Positions 12,125 to 23,558 of a stretch of 32,492 nt of DNA are shown here, one piece after another. The notes under the pieces are model-generated. The model had not been told where the DNA came from and did no database searches. It saw only the letters and a program-made list of their open reading frames with translations. Every line of letters begins with the position of its first letter. Position 1 is the first letter of the stretch. The translations under genes were made by a program, and so were the position numbers. Location of the stretch: contig NC_068981.1 in NCBI RefSeq assembly GCF_001194135.2, positions 49,789,763 through 49,822,254 on the forward strand. The letters are read 5' to 3'. The stretch is from Octopus bimaculoides (lineage: Eukaryota).

Positions 12125-12530
12125 ACTCTTGTTTCAGTCATTTGACTGTGGCCATGCTGGAGCAAATCGACCCCGAAACTTATTCTTTGTAAGCCTAGTA
12201 CTTAGTCTATGGTTATTTTTGCCGAACCGCTAAGTTACGGAGACGTAAACACACCACCATCGGTTGTCAAGCGATGTTGGAGGGACAAACACAGACGCAC
12301 AAACGTATACACGCATACGTGATTCTACCAGCTCACCGCCTTCACACGCGTATATATATATATAGATATATACGACGGGCTTTTTTTTCTGTTTCCGTCT
12401 ACCAAATCCACGCACAAGGCTTTGGTCGTCCCGAGGCTACAGTAGAAGACATTTGCCCAAGGTGCCACGCAGTGAGAATGAACCCGGAACTATGTGGTTG
12501 GTAAGCAAGCTACTTACCACAACAGCGATG
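12125..12530 (-). mobile_element. tRNA-derived SINE, family A, near full length
   Basis: Minus strand gctgttgtggtaagtagcttgcttaccaaccacatagttccgggttcattctcactgcgtggcaccttgggcaa... (A-box- and B-box-like elements), microsatellite linker, tail ctccagcatggccacagtcaaatgactgaaacaag. Confidence 0.92.
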
Positions 12531-13299
12531 AGAATGTAATTTTCACAGAACGAAGGGGTATTCGAGAAATTGTAGTAGATTTGAGTGGATTTATAAAGAT
12601 AATTTATGGTAGAGCTTGGATGGTGATGGTTAGGAGAGGTCAAAAAAAAAAGAAGACTATAAAGGTGAAAAGGAGATAAAAAGATAAATGAATCGGCTGT
12701 AGAGTGAACGAGAATTTAAAAAAAGATGAGGTAAAATAAATGGAGTTGTAAACACATGAGAATACAATAATAGAACAACAATATACGAGTCGATTCAGAT
12801 TAGGGTCGAGGTATAGGAATCCCTATCTAATGGTGAAAGGAATCCCAGAAAAATTAGGGGTATACAGTGGTTAATGAATGGGAAGATAGTGGGGACGAGT
12901 ACGGCCATTAAAGTTATAGTAAGGTAGAACGTAACGTAAGGGGTTAGAAAATGAGAATAAAAACTTAAAATTTTGAAGTATAAATTTAAAACCGGGCGGG
13001 TTTATATAATGAACTACGCCTATTATGGTGTTAGAGGAACAAATATATTACATCGCATATCAAGATAAGTCAGCCATATGGAGTAGTCTAATGATAAACT
13101 ATAGAATGTTAAGGGGTGGCTGTGATATTAAAATCTGGATGGTATACCCCTGGGATTCCACATTGTTCTTTAAAAATTACGCTCTCATCTGATGGTTACG
13201 GCCTTTTAAAATGATGTAATGTTTCTCATTTTTCATTAAATGTTACGTAAGAAATAGCTATAAGGAGCTGACACTTATGCATCATGCGTTTTCATTCAC

Positions 13300-13625
13300 T
13301 TGTATGTGTGTGTGTTTTTCTTGCGTTTGTGTATATCTTTGAACGTACGTATGTACGCGCGCGTGTGTGCGTGCGTGTGTGTTTCTTCGTGCATGTGACT
13401 GTGCGCGTACATACGTCTTTATGTATAAAAATGATTTTGTTCTCGTTCCAAGGCTGTATGAGACGGCAGTCAGCAGTTCAGTCGGCAGTTCAGTCTCCAT
13501 TATGTATTCCCTTGAGATCTGCCTTGTTTATAACTGACCACTTGGATACCAATGCCAAGTATGTGTCTGTATACATACATGCATGTGTGTGTGTGTGTGT
13601 GTGTGTGCGTGTGTGTATGTGTGTA
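13300..13625. repeat. (TG)n/(CG)-rich microsatellite tracts (13300-13400 and 13585-13625) plus a 12-nt tandem gcagttcagtcg at ~13465-13495
   Basis: Visible repeats. Confidence 0.8.
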
Positions 13626-15133
13626 GCTGAAATATTGAAATTAATCAAAGGAGATATTAAATATGTCGACCTGCTGGAAATAATAGCCAAATCATTAATT
13701 TAAATCTCCAAAATACACTGATAGTAACTACAGAAATTAACCGTTCGAAGTTAAATTGGCTAAGACAATCTCTCAGCATATATTCTAGTATTTTGACTCA
13801 CGTGGACTGGTTTAATAGTCTCCCCTTCCTCAGCACGCGTTACCATGTTGAAGAGCCCGAAACCACCGCGTTGAAGTCTACTGCAACTGATTCGTTTTGC
13901 GCCGAATTCTGATAGCTGCCAGTGTAAAAATTTCAATAATGAGCAAATAATTCACTAGAAAATTAATTCACGAGAAATTGATATTGTTAAAAAAAAAAAA
14001 TTAAAAAAAAATTTGTGGCGACATTGACCAGGAAGTAGGCCATACTTAAATATCGAAGACTGCTATTTATTCTGGTATTTTTTTTTCTTCAGTAAGGGTG
14101 AAATATCCAGTGCGACTTATAAGGGTACGAGTGACATAAACATTTTTTGATATTTTGTTTTTCTTTATATTTTTGGCATCTGGATACAAGAAACTGCTTT
14201 GTGCGGAGTGATGTGATCATGGCCTCTACCAAAAAGATGTAGATATTGTTCGAATCCTCTTTTCTAAATGCAAAGTAAAAAGTTGTTTCCCACAGCTACT
14301 TTAACCTCACGAAATTTATCTTGCTCCGACAGATATTTGCTACGTTGTGTAGTGATGTGTCTTGCATGTCATCTGGACTTTCGTGAGTGTATTTCAATTG
14401 AGATCCTTCCAGTATTTCAGTAGATCCAGTCAAAATGTATTTCAAGTTGCACAGAGATACTCCAAACTTCTTGCGTTGCGCGACACCTGGAGTGCATAAT
14501 TAGAAAGGAAACTTTCATTGATCATTACTCACAAGTTTTGTCCAGAAGTTTTCGTTCAAGTGTCAAGCCCCACTGTAACTCTGTTTATGGCAGGCAATAT
14601 TACACGGGAAAGTTCTACTTTCTTTAGACCGATCTACAGTGTCCAATGATCACAGACAAATAACTCAACTAAATGCTTCCGGTGTGAGTCATCGTTCAAT
14701 ATACCACGCCAGCGTTTATAGTCTTGTTAGCATGCCTGATTTACTGATTAAGCAGTAGTAGTCTACTGATAACACTTATTTAGTGGATTTGAATTATTTT
14801 AGATGCACCGGGATTGGAAATCCAAACTTTAATATTTAGCGTGATAATCCATAGATAGGGGCGTTTATGGCTTAACAACGGAAACATTGGGTGCAAATAA
14901 CCATCATTGTATGTTGCAATGGTATTGTATAAGCAGGAATGTGATGTTGAAATGGAACTATACTTAATAATATTATTGAAGCAAATAGCTTACTGGTGCA
15001 AGTCAGAAGCATTTGTCTCAGAAGGCATTTCCCAAGTTGCCAGTCAATGGAATTGAGACTGAAGGCATGAGGTGGTATAGCAACATTTTATCCACAAACA
15101 CATATCTATCATGTCAATATATTCATTGTGCAG

Positions 15134-15193
15134 GTACATTAAACGAACGTCCAGGAAGGCATTTTGAAATCAGGTCATCACCCATTTCACAAG
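15134..15193 (+). CDS. Candidate 60-nt exon: (G)TLNERPGRHFEIRSSPISQ
   Basis: Acceptor attcattgtgcag| and donor AAG|gtgagg. Only the phase-1 frame is open. No homology recognised. Confidence 0.2.
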
Positions 15194-15939
15194 GTGAGGT
15201 TACTAAGCATATTTGAGGTTAAAGCATAGATGAGGTTAAAAATATATGGCACAGATAAAGAGGCGGACATGTCCTCATGCTCTGGGAAAAATAATCAACA
15301 TTTTTACCAACAATCATGGTACTTAAATATTTGTTGTAACGTCAGCTTTCTATATGCAGACATCGTGTGAAACAGAGCAAGAGTTCATTTTCTCAGGATG
15401 AGTATATGCTTGAACGCTAACTAATTTATGTTGGAGCTCCTATTATAAATATAGCGCAATATATCAAGATCTTGCCGAGTCTATTCACGTCAATTTGGCA
15501 TGAGTTGATATTAACAAAATTTCATTGGCAGGAAGTCATATGTTAGGGTGATTATTTTGTAATTTATCCCGTTTATGCAAGCAAAATAAATTCATTGTCG
15601 TAACAGTACCGCTGTAGGAAACATTTATATATTCATATATCAAATAATTTTGGTTACTTGTATCCTAAACTCAAATAGAGTTTTACAAAAAAAAGTATGT
15701 TATACATAGGTTTTGAGGAAGGTTACACCAGGTAGTTTTATGTTCACACGAATATTATCTCTTATTGCTAGCTGCAATAGGAGGAACAATTTTAAAAACT
15801 ATCTACATGTGAACAAATTTTAAAATCTGATGTTATTCACTAGCATATCCCGATAATGCATTCCCTTTCATTTATCAGCATAATATCAAGATCATTGCCA
15901 GCATTAATATTGGTAAAATTATTTTGAATATACATGCTT

Positions 15940-16026
15940 ATACACACACACACACACACATATATATATATGTATTTTAAATATATGCATAAATGTATAT
16001 ATGTGTATATATATATATATATATAC
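15940..16026. repeat. (CA)n/(TA)n microsatellite tract
   Basis: Visible repeat. Confidence 0.9.
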
Positions 16027-16941
16027 AAGCACATAAATCACATGAATTTGATAGGTAATATATGTACATAGTTATATACGTGTATGTATAATTTTGCTGA
16101 AATTTATATGAGCGTGTGTGAGCGTGTCGTGTGTATGTGTATAATTTTAAAACGTAACTACATAAATAGAAACTGATGAATAAATAAATATTTCTATAGA
16201 TGTATAAAGAATAATATTTGCTGTTTTTCTGTTGTAAAAGAATCCTTTGTTCCCCGAGTTGAGTAAGTCACCAATGGAAAAATTCCAAATCACTGTCAAT
16301 TATATCTACATATATAAGCGGGCGCGTGTGTGTGCGTAGATGTGTCTGTGTTTGCTTATATTTGTGTGTGACGTTTTGTGTGCTTGTCCTTTCCATGTTT
16401 ATATGTGGCTTTGTGATGGATAGAAGACATAAGTGTGTGAATGACTTTGTATTCGTTTTCTATTCCACTATATATTCCATTGTATATAATTATGTTTTTG
16501 TACAAATTATTTGTGAACCAGACGTGTCAAAATTCTCCATTTGATGGAACTATCGCTTTTTTCCTCAATATTATTGTTCCACTGTGTTCTATCCTCATAT
16601 CAGCCTCAATTCACCGTAGCTAAATAAATCAACATAGTAAATATAATAATCTTGACGATGATTGAAAGATAACCTTTAGTAAATAACACCATTGTTATTA
16701 TATGAACCTATATCACTGTTCAGCAATCACAAAATTGGAAATTCACAATTTTCTATATGAACAACATACTTTCAGAGAAGCAATGAAAAACAGCCGCTGA
16801 GGTTTTTCAGAATCAAAACCAATAACAAACGTTTCTATGGGTCTGCAATTGAAATCTAGAACTGAAGTTGTAATATATTTTACTGACGTGGGAAGTTCAA
16901 TAACTGTGTCTGTGAGTTTATTTGTTGTCATATTTGATTAG

Positions 16942-17036
16942 CACCAATAAAAGAGGATAGATTCCATTTGATCACCGTCACATACAAGGCAATAACTGCA
17001 AGCAATATCAATACTGAAATTTATTCATCTGTGTGT
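16942..17036 (+). CDS. Candidate 95-nt exon: (A)PIKEDRFHLITVTYKAITASNINTEIYSSVC
   Basis: Acceptor tttgttgtcatatttgattag| and donor TGT|gtaagt. Open in phase 1 to 0. No homology recognised. Confidence 0.3.
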
Positions 17037-17934
17037 GTAAGTATTGTGCTGAAATATATGCAATCATCTTTCAGTATGTGTGAATTCTTTACACTAGTTC
17101 ACAATATATATGCAATAACATAAACAATGACTATGTTAACTGAGTTCAATTTATACATATATAGAAATGTCTGCTAATTTATGTATATAAATGCACAACA
17201 CCATAGTTGACTATATACCACTGTAGTGATTGTACATCTAATCGACTTGTATATGTGAATGCTTGTGTGGAATGCAATTAATATTAAATTTTACCTCTGC
17301 ATGTATTCGACATGCAATCTAGAAGCCAAATCTCTTTGCATATAAATATTTAATTAATCACACTTATTCTTGGTCGAATTGGATTTAATATCAGTGATAT
17401 TCATGGAGGTGAAAAGGTCTGAATTTCAATAAGGTGAAAGAAAGATACAGAACAAGTTTCAAAATTGTAATTAGGATTTAATAGAATGTTAAATCTGTCG
17501 AATATTATTGTGGTCTGTTATTCTTTATAGCATACAATAAACTATTTGGTACACACATCTCCTTTCATTAACGTTATTTCTCTATTCTCCGATACACGCT
17601 TCACGTATTGCCTCCTTTTTGATGTGCATTATATCCTAAAGTGTTTGCAGCAAAGCATCTAACTACGACATAAATTCTAATATGACAACATTGCTGCTTT
17701 GATCCATCTCATATTCTATTCTACGCTTCTTTCCTTGTTACTATATATTCTGTAATTTATTCTTTGTTCCATTTATACTATAGAGAGGATATCGGAAGAT
17801 TGAACTGTACAATTCTATTTGAATTAACGAATAGTATTTATTATTAATCTGCGTTACAACATTACCAACAAAAGGTAAATATTACGACGCAGCATATACA
17901 GTCATCACAATACTACAATTTTGTTCACATGACT

Positions 17935-17958
17935 ATATACATACATACATACACACAT

Positions 17959-18011
<53 letters not shown>
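17935..18011. repeat. (CATA)/(CA)n microsatellite running into a gap
   Basis: Visible repeat. Confidence 0.95.
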
Positions 18012-18479
18012 NNNNNNNNNNNNNNNNNNNNNNNNNNNNNNNNNNNNNNNNNNNNNNNNNNNNNNNNNNNNNNNNNNNNNNNNNNNNNNNNNNNNNNNNN
18101 NNNNNNNNNNNNNNNNNNNNNNNNNNNNNNNNNNNNNNNNNNNNNNNNNNNNNNNNNNNNNNNNNNNNNNNNNNNNNNNNNNNNNNNNNNNNNNNNNNNN
18201 NNNNNNNNNNNNNNNNNNNNNNNNNNNNNNNNNNNNNNNNNNNNNNNNNNNNNNNNNNNNNNNNNNNNNNNNNNNNNNNNNNNNNNNNNNNNNNNNNNNN
18301 NNNNNNNNNNNNNNNNNNNNNNNNNNNNNNNNNNNNNNNNNNNNNNNNNNNNNNNNNNNNNNNNNNNNNNNNNNNNNNNNNNNNNNNNNNNNNNNNNNNN
18401 NNNNNNNNNNNNNNNNNNNNNNNNNNNNNNNNNNNNNNNNNNNNNNNNNNNNNNNNNNNNNNNNNNNNNNNNNNNNNNN
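18012..18479. other. Assembly gap
   Basis: N run. Confidence 1.
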
Positions 18480-18515
<36 letters not shown>

Positions 18516-19194
18516 GCATGCACTGAATGCATGTAGATGCATTGAGGTTTCCTGGATTAAATGCTTACAACAACACAATTATTCTTTGTAAATTATTAGG
18601 TTAAAGCGTGTTCTTTTCATCAGTACGTTGCATAGAAACAAAACACTGATAATGCACATTAGTTGATTTAGAGGCCTGTATTCACTCATTGTAAAATTAG
18701 TGGTGTACGTTATTGAAATAAGTAAAGGCATCACATAATGTGAGAAAGCGCAGGGAATCGATTTCGCTATACTCTGTGATTGCTTTATTGATCTTCTGAA
18801 AAAATGAGTTCTTTGAAGACAGTTGACATTGTTCTTGCCACATCGTATGGCAAGGGAGCTGTACTTAAAAACAGGAACAATAATGCAGAGCATTAGAGAT
18901 TAAAAAAGAAAACACTGAAAGCATCATAAAAAGTTTTTGCCTAATCAGATTAGTATTCTTTTATCGTTTACTTCATTTAGGTATTGATACTGCAGCGATG
19001 CTGGGGCATAACTTTGAAGGTTTTCGTCTAAAAAATCAAACCCGGCATTTAACTTTCAAGTCTGGTATTATATAATATTGTTTTCTTTTGCTGAACCGTT
19101 AGTTTACAGAAATGAAAAAAAGCCAGTACCGATCGTCAAGCAGTGGTATATGACAAACTTAAACACAAAAAACACACATGCATACATTCATGTA

Positions 19195-19270
19195 TATATA
19201 TATATATATCAACACGCACGCACATAATTATACATACACGCACAAACACACACACACATACAAACACACG

Positions 19271-19323
<53 letters not shown>

Positions 19324-19330
19324 ATGCATG
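19195..19330. repeat. Compound (TA)/(CA)/(TA) microsatellite
   Basis: Visible repeat. Confidence 0.9.
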
Positions 19331-19351
19331 TATATATGACACATACATTTT

Positions 19352-21384
19352 GGAGACATGGGGGTAGTTTCTGTGTATATTCGGTCATGCCCCGGATCCT
19401 GCTGTTATATTCAAATTTAGTGTGTGGCATTCAATTTGTACACATAAGACTATTAAGTATTATCATATTACTTCATATCGCACACCGGCTGCTCCAAATC
19501 ATACTGCCTACAAAAGATAGAATGTGTCACCAAACTGGAACAACACATCAGTCTATTGCTCTTGGGTGACTTTAATTTCCCTAATGTAAGATGACCTGGA
19601 AGCCAGATGCTCCCATAATTGTCACACCACTAAGAAGCACTGGCACTGTCCTTGTTCCACCTTTCCAACGCTTCATTCTTTGAATAAATTGTTCTGCAAC
19701 CAGCCATGGCACATAATATACTGGGTCACAGCTTCACAAATGGTAAGGTCTTTATCCATACTATTGAAGTGACACCGACGCCTGTCTAATATTGCAACAT
19801 AATAAAGTTGTCTATGTTTGGACGAAAAGACTCTGAGGAAGGCAACCTAAACGAAGCACCAAAAATTTCTCTAAATTGAATTCCCGTAAAGCCAAGTAGA
19901 ATTTGATTAAGAAAGAAATCCTCAAATACTATTGACCTAAATGTCTTTGCACACCAGACATTGACATGAAACACAAACATTTGATATGCATAATGCTAGT
20001 CATATATGACAAATATGTCCCAGAGCTCAGGGCCAACTTACACAAAAACAGAATTCCAAGAGAAAGAAAGATTCTTATGAGACGATGGACAAAGATTGTG
20101 AACCGCTTGAGCAAGCACCCCAAAAGTAGTGAGAAGTCTCGCCTCGGGAGAGCGCTGCTAGAGATTATGAAAAGTTCGCATCAATCTCACGAAAAGGAGC
20201 AGATAAGGAAGTTTGTATTATAAAAAATACCATGTCGGACCCTAAAGCTTTCTTTAAGTTTGCCAAAAAACGGTCTCTGTTCGGCACAAGGTAGGACCCC
20301 TCTACCAAAATGATGGCTTTGTCAGAGGAAACTCAGTGAGTATAAGTGAAATACTGAACGAACAGTTCCAAAGTGTGTTAAATATACCTCTGAGATACAG
20401 GCGAGTGAACAAGCCAGCAGAATTCCTTATCACTTTACATGTAAGAAAATAAGCGGAAATTGATTACATCATCTTCAGAGATGTAACACTGGCCATGAGG
20501 CCCTGATGTATCCCAGGCGCTCCTTCTAGAATCGTCCAAAAGAGACCTTGCAACACAACTGCAGTTTATTTTCACAGTTTTCTTGCACGTAGTAAGCTTC
20601 CATAGAAACTGAATGAAAGGATAATATGCCTCATCCATAATGAAGTAGACAGATTGGATGATCAAAATTATAAGCCTTTCCCTATGATCTCATACATCAG
20701 CAAAGTCATGGAAGGAATGGACCGCAAGAAACTAATCACGTTCCTTGAAGAAAATAACTTGCTGACTGACACCCAGAGTCGATTTTGACCAGGTAGAAGC
20801 TGCCTGACACAGATACTTGTAACACTACGATTGGACGTTAAAACAGCTGCTAAATGACTCAAGTGTGGACGTGATATATCTCCACTTTGCAAAGTCGACC
20901 ATGGTATAATATGACGCAAACTGCCTGCTTTCGGCATAGTCGGATAACTTCGAGAATGGCTGCTTTACTTTCTAAAAGACAGACGTCAGGCAGTGGTGTC
21001 CAAGGGAGCCTCCGATATGCCTTATGCTGCACAGATAGCCACCGTCGCTAGCTATGCAGATGATGCAAAGTTTTTCAGACAATACAAAATCCTGGAAACG
21101 CTGCGCATCTGCAGCTGGTGTTGGACTCAATATACAGATGTGCTGGGGACAACAACATGCAGATTAATACAGGAAAATTCCAAGCCCTATGCTACAAGCA
21201 CGCGAAACTGAACAACATGCAGACAGGATACTTTAGCCCGAGAGGAATTGCAATCCCTGAATCAAAATCAGTCCATGACCTGGGCATTTACATGAGCAAT
21301 GATGCATCTTTCCAGGTGCATATTTCCTCGAAATGTTAGGTGGATGGATTCTCCTAAATTTCAAGACAACAGAAATAATGTTAT
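19352..21384 (+). mobile_element. Decayed CR1/L2-type LINE ORF2 (AP endonuclease + reverse transcriptase), with its 3' end lost at a gap
   Basis: APE motifs: RHGGSFCVY (~19354), LLGDFNFP (~19560-19582). RT motifs across frameshifts: IICLIH...NYKPFPMISYISKVME, F*PGRSCLTQ, DVIYLHFAK-VDHG, WLLYFLKDRRQ, ASYADDAK (~21045-21070), NNMQINTGKF, VHDLGI. Many stops and deletions. Confidence 0.92.
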
Positions 21385-21474
21385 NNNNNNNNNNNNNNNN
21401 NNNNNNNNNNNNNNNNNNNNNNNNNNNNNNNNNNNNNNNNNNNNNNNNNNNNNNNNNNNNNNNNNNNNNNNNNN
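21385..21474. other. Assembly gap followed by (TA)n to ~21511
   Basis: N run. Confidence 1.
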
Positions 21475-21513
<39 letters not shown>

Positions 21514-22142
21514 CATTATGTGTAAGCGCGTGTGTGTTAGGGTGACAGTGCTAGAGAGTACATCAAGTTCTTAGCATGTATTCTACTTTTATTCGTGATA
21601 TTTGAAAATAGCACAACATTTAGATTAATAACAAAATAACCCGACGAATTTACAATATATAGAATCTGTGTAAATTAATTATTGCTGTCCAGCGAGACAC
21701 AAACTATTTACGAGGCCGCTTAATAATTTTGGGTAAACTTAAACTAAATGTGATTATTTAGCCTTAAGTAATGAATTTCAGAAGAACAAAAAAATATGCA
21801 TTTTTTTTCTTTCCTCAGATTAAGACCTGAGAAGATTATCTTGGGTATGTCGCTTTCCTGATGAATTAAATCTTGATGGATTGTTTTGCATTTCCATTTA
21901 TGAAACGATTTATTCATCACCAGACTTCAAGCTTTCTTTCGAAATCAGTAAACTAATAAACGTATTCCTGATCATGTGTCTGACTGGCGCCTTAGATACT
22001 GACTAATATATCTTTGAGAGGTTTTATAAGAAGCAGAGACATTTCAGGAATGCCACAAATCATGCCTTGTTATGGAAATTATGAGTAAATCCCTTATTGA
22101 TTGTCAGGCATGTCACGCAATTTCGACATTAGAGTCAACAAA

Positions 22143-22199
22143 ATGGCGACTAAATTTCCCACCGGTATTGAGATTCTGCACAACAATGTAAATAGAAAG
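22143..22199 (+). CDS. Weak candidate first coding exon: MATKFPTGIEILHNNVNRK
   Basis: caacaaaATGGCG start context, open to AAG|gtaaaa (weak donor). No downstream partner exon established. Confidence 0.12.
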
Positions 22200-22480
22200 G
22201 TAAAATAAAATGTCATAAGATAAATGTAATATCATTCAAATTCAAAAGGAAATAGAAAATTGTTAATTGTGCAGGCGGGATTCCAAAATATTCGTGCTAG
22301 TTACTCTAGCTTCAATTTTCTGAATGAATACAAACATCATTTTTTATGAAAATTTATGTAAATTATATTTGTATTATCACTGAATGTATGTATACAGACA
22401 TAGTTGTACAAAATAGTAACAGGTAATAACTCGACTCGATATGAATTGATTTAGAGTCAGTTCTATTTTTAATATATTTG

Positions 22481-22672
22481 TTTCAAATTTAGGTACATAT
22501 CCAGTAATTTTGGTGAGGGTCTAAGTCTCTTCGATCGACAACAGTAAACGAGCAGTCCTTGAAGAAAAGCAAAGGCGATACTGGTGCCATTTGAACTCTG
22601 AATGTATAGACGGCTGGCATGCCACTAAACATATTGACTGGTCGTCTAATGATTCTGCCAGCTAGCCGCCTT
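22481..22672 (-). mobile_element. SINE family B copy 1 (internally deleted, old)
   Basis: Minus strand aaggcggctagctggcagaatc (A-box-like) ... gagttcaaatgg (B-box-like) ... tail cctaaatttgaaac. Confidence 0.8.
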
Positions 22673-22680
22673 AGTTATAT

Positions 22681-22889
22681 GTTTCAAATTTTAGTACAAG
22701 ACCAGCAATTCAGGGAGAAGGTTAGATCAGTTAGATACAACTCAGTGTTCAACAGATATTTTATTCACCCCCTAAAAGATGAAAGGTAATGTCGACCTGG
22801 GAGGAATAAAAACACAGAACGCAATGATCGAGAGCATGACGCCAGCCATTTTACCCGGTTTGCTAACGATTCTACCAGCTCGCCGCCTT
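22681..22889 (-). mobile_element. SINE family B copy 2, full length, flanked by the 8-bp direct repeat AGTTATAT
   Basis: Head aaggcggcgagctggtagaatcgttagc, core aggtcgacattacctttcatctttt, tail aaaatttgaaac. AGTTATAT occurs at 22673-22680 and 22890-22897. Confidence 0.85.
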
Positions 22890-22912
22890 AGTTATATATT
22901 TTGATATAATGA

Positions 22913-23045
22913 TTTCAAATCTTGATACAAGGCCAGCGGCTTTTAGGGGAGGGTATCAGTCTATTACATAGATTCCAGTGTTCAAATGGTACTCACTTTA
23001 TTGACTCCGAAAAGATGACAGGCAATGTCAACATCAGCAGATTTT
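22913..23045 (-). mobile_element. SINE family B copy 3 (head missing)
   Basis: gttgacattgcctgtcatcttttcggagtcaataaagtgagtacc...ccttgtatcaagatttgaaat aligns with copy 2. Confidence 0.8.
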
Positions 23046-23391
23046 TTAGAATGAAATAATAACAAAAGGATAAAACTTCTTTAAATATTTTGAATATATA
23101 CCAAATTTTACCACAATAGAGGGAGGAAAAGAAACATTACAAAGAAATAGTTAAATATTTTTTTACTTCTTATTTTTCTAAATATTAACTTATATGGTTT
23201 CTATGGAGATTGATCAGTGAGACTTAACTGGTATTTAATAAGGGAGCAATGAGGTTAAAGCGCATGATAACTATATACTAATTTAATTAAATTGACATAT
23301 TTTAAGTTGTGGAGACACCGGTATTACCTTATATAATCTGAGTATGAATTAATAAGGGTATAAAGATTAGATTTATTTAAGGCTACTATAA

Positions 23392-23557
<166 letters not shown>

Positions 23558-23558
<1 letters not shown>

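Noticed and set aside
18579-18893. 104-aa minus-strand ORF (MLCIIVPVFKYSS...)
   Set aside because: No recognisable domain, competing open frames on both strands, and no convincing exon structure. Compatible with chance.
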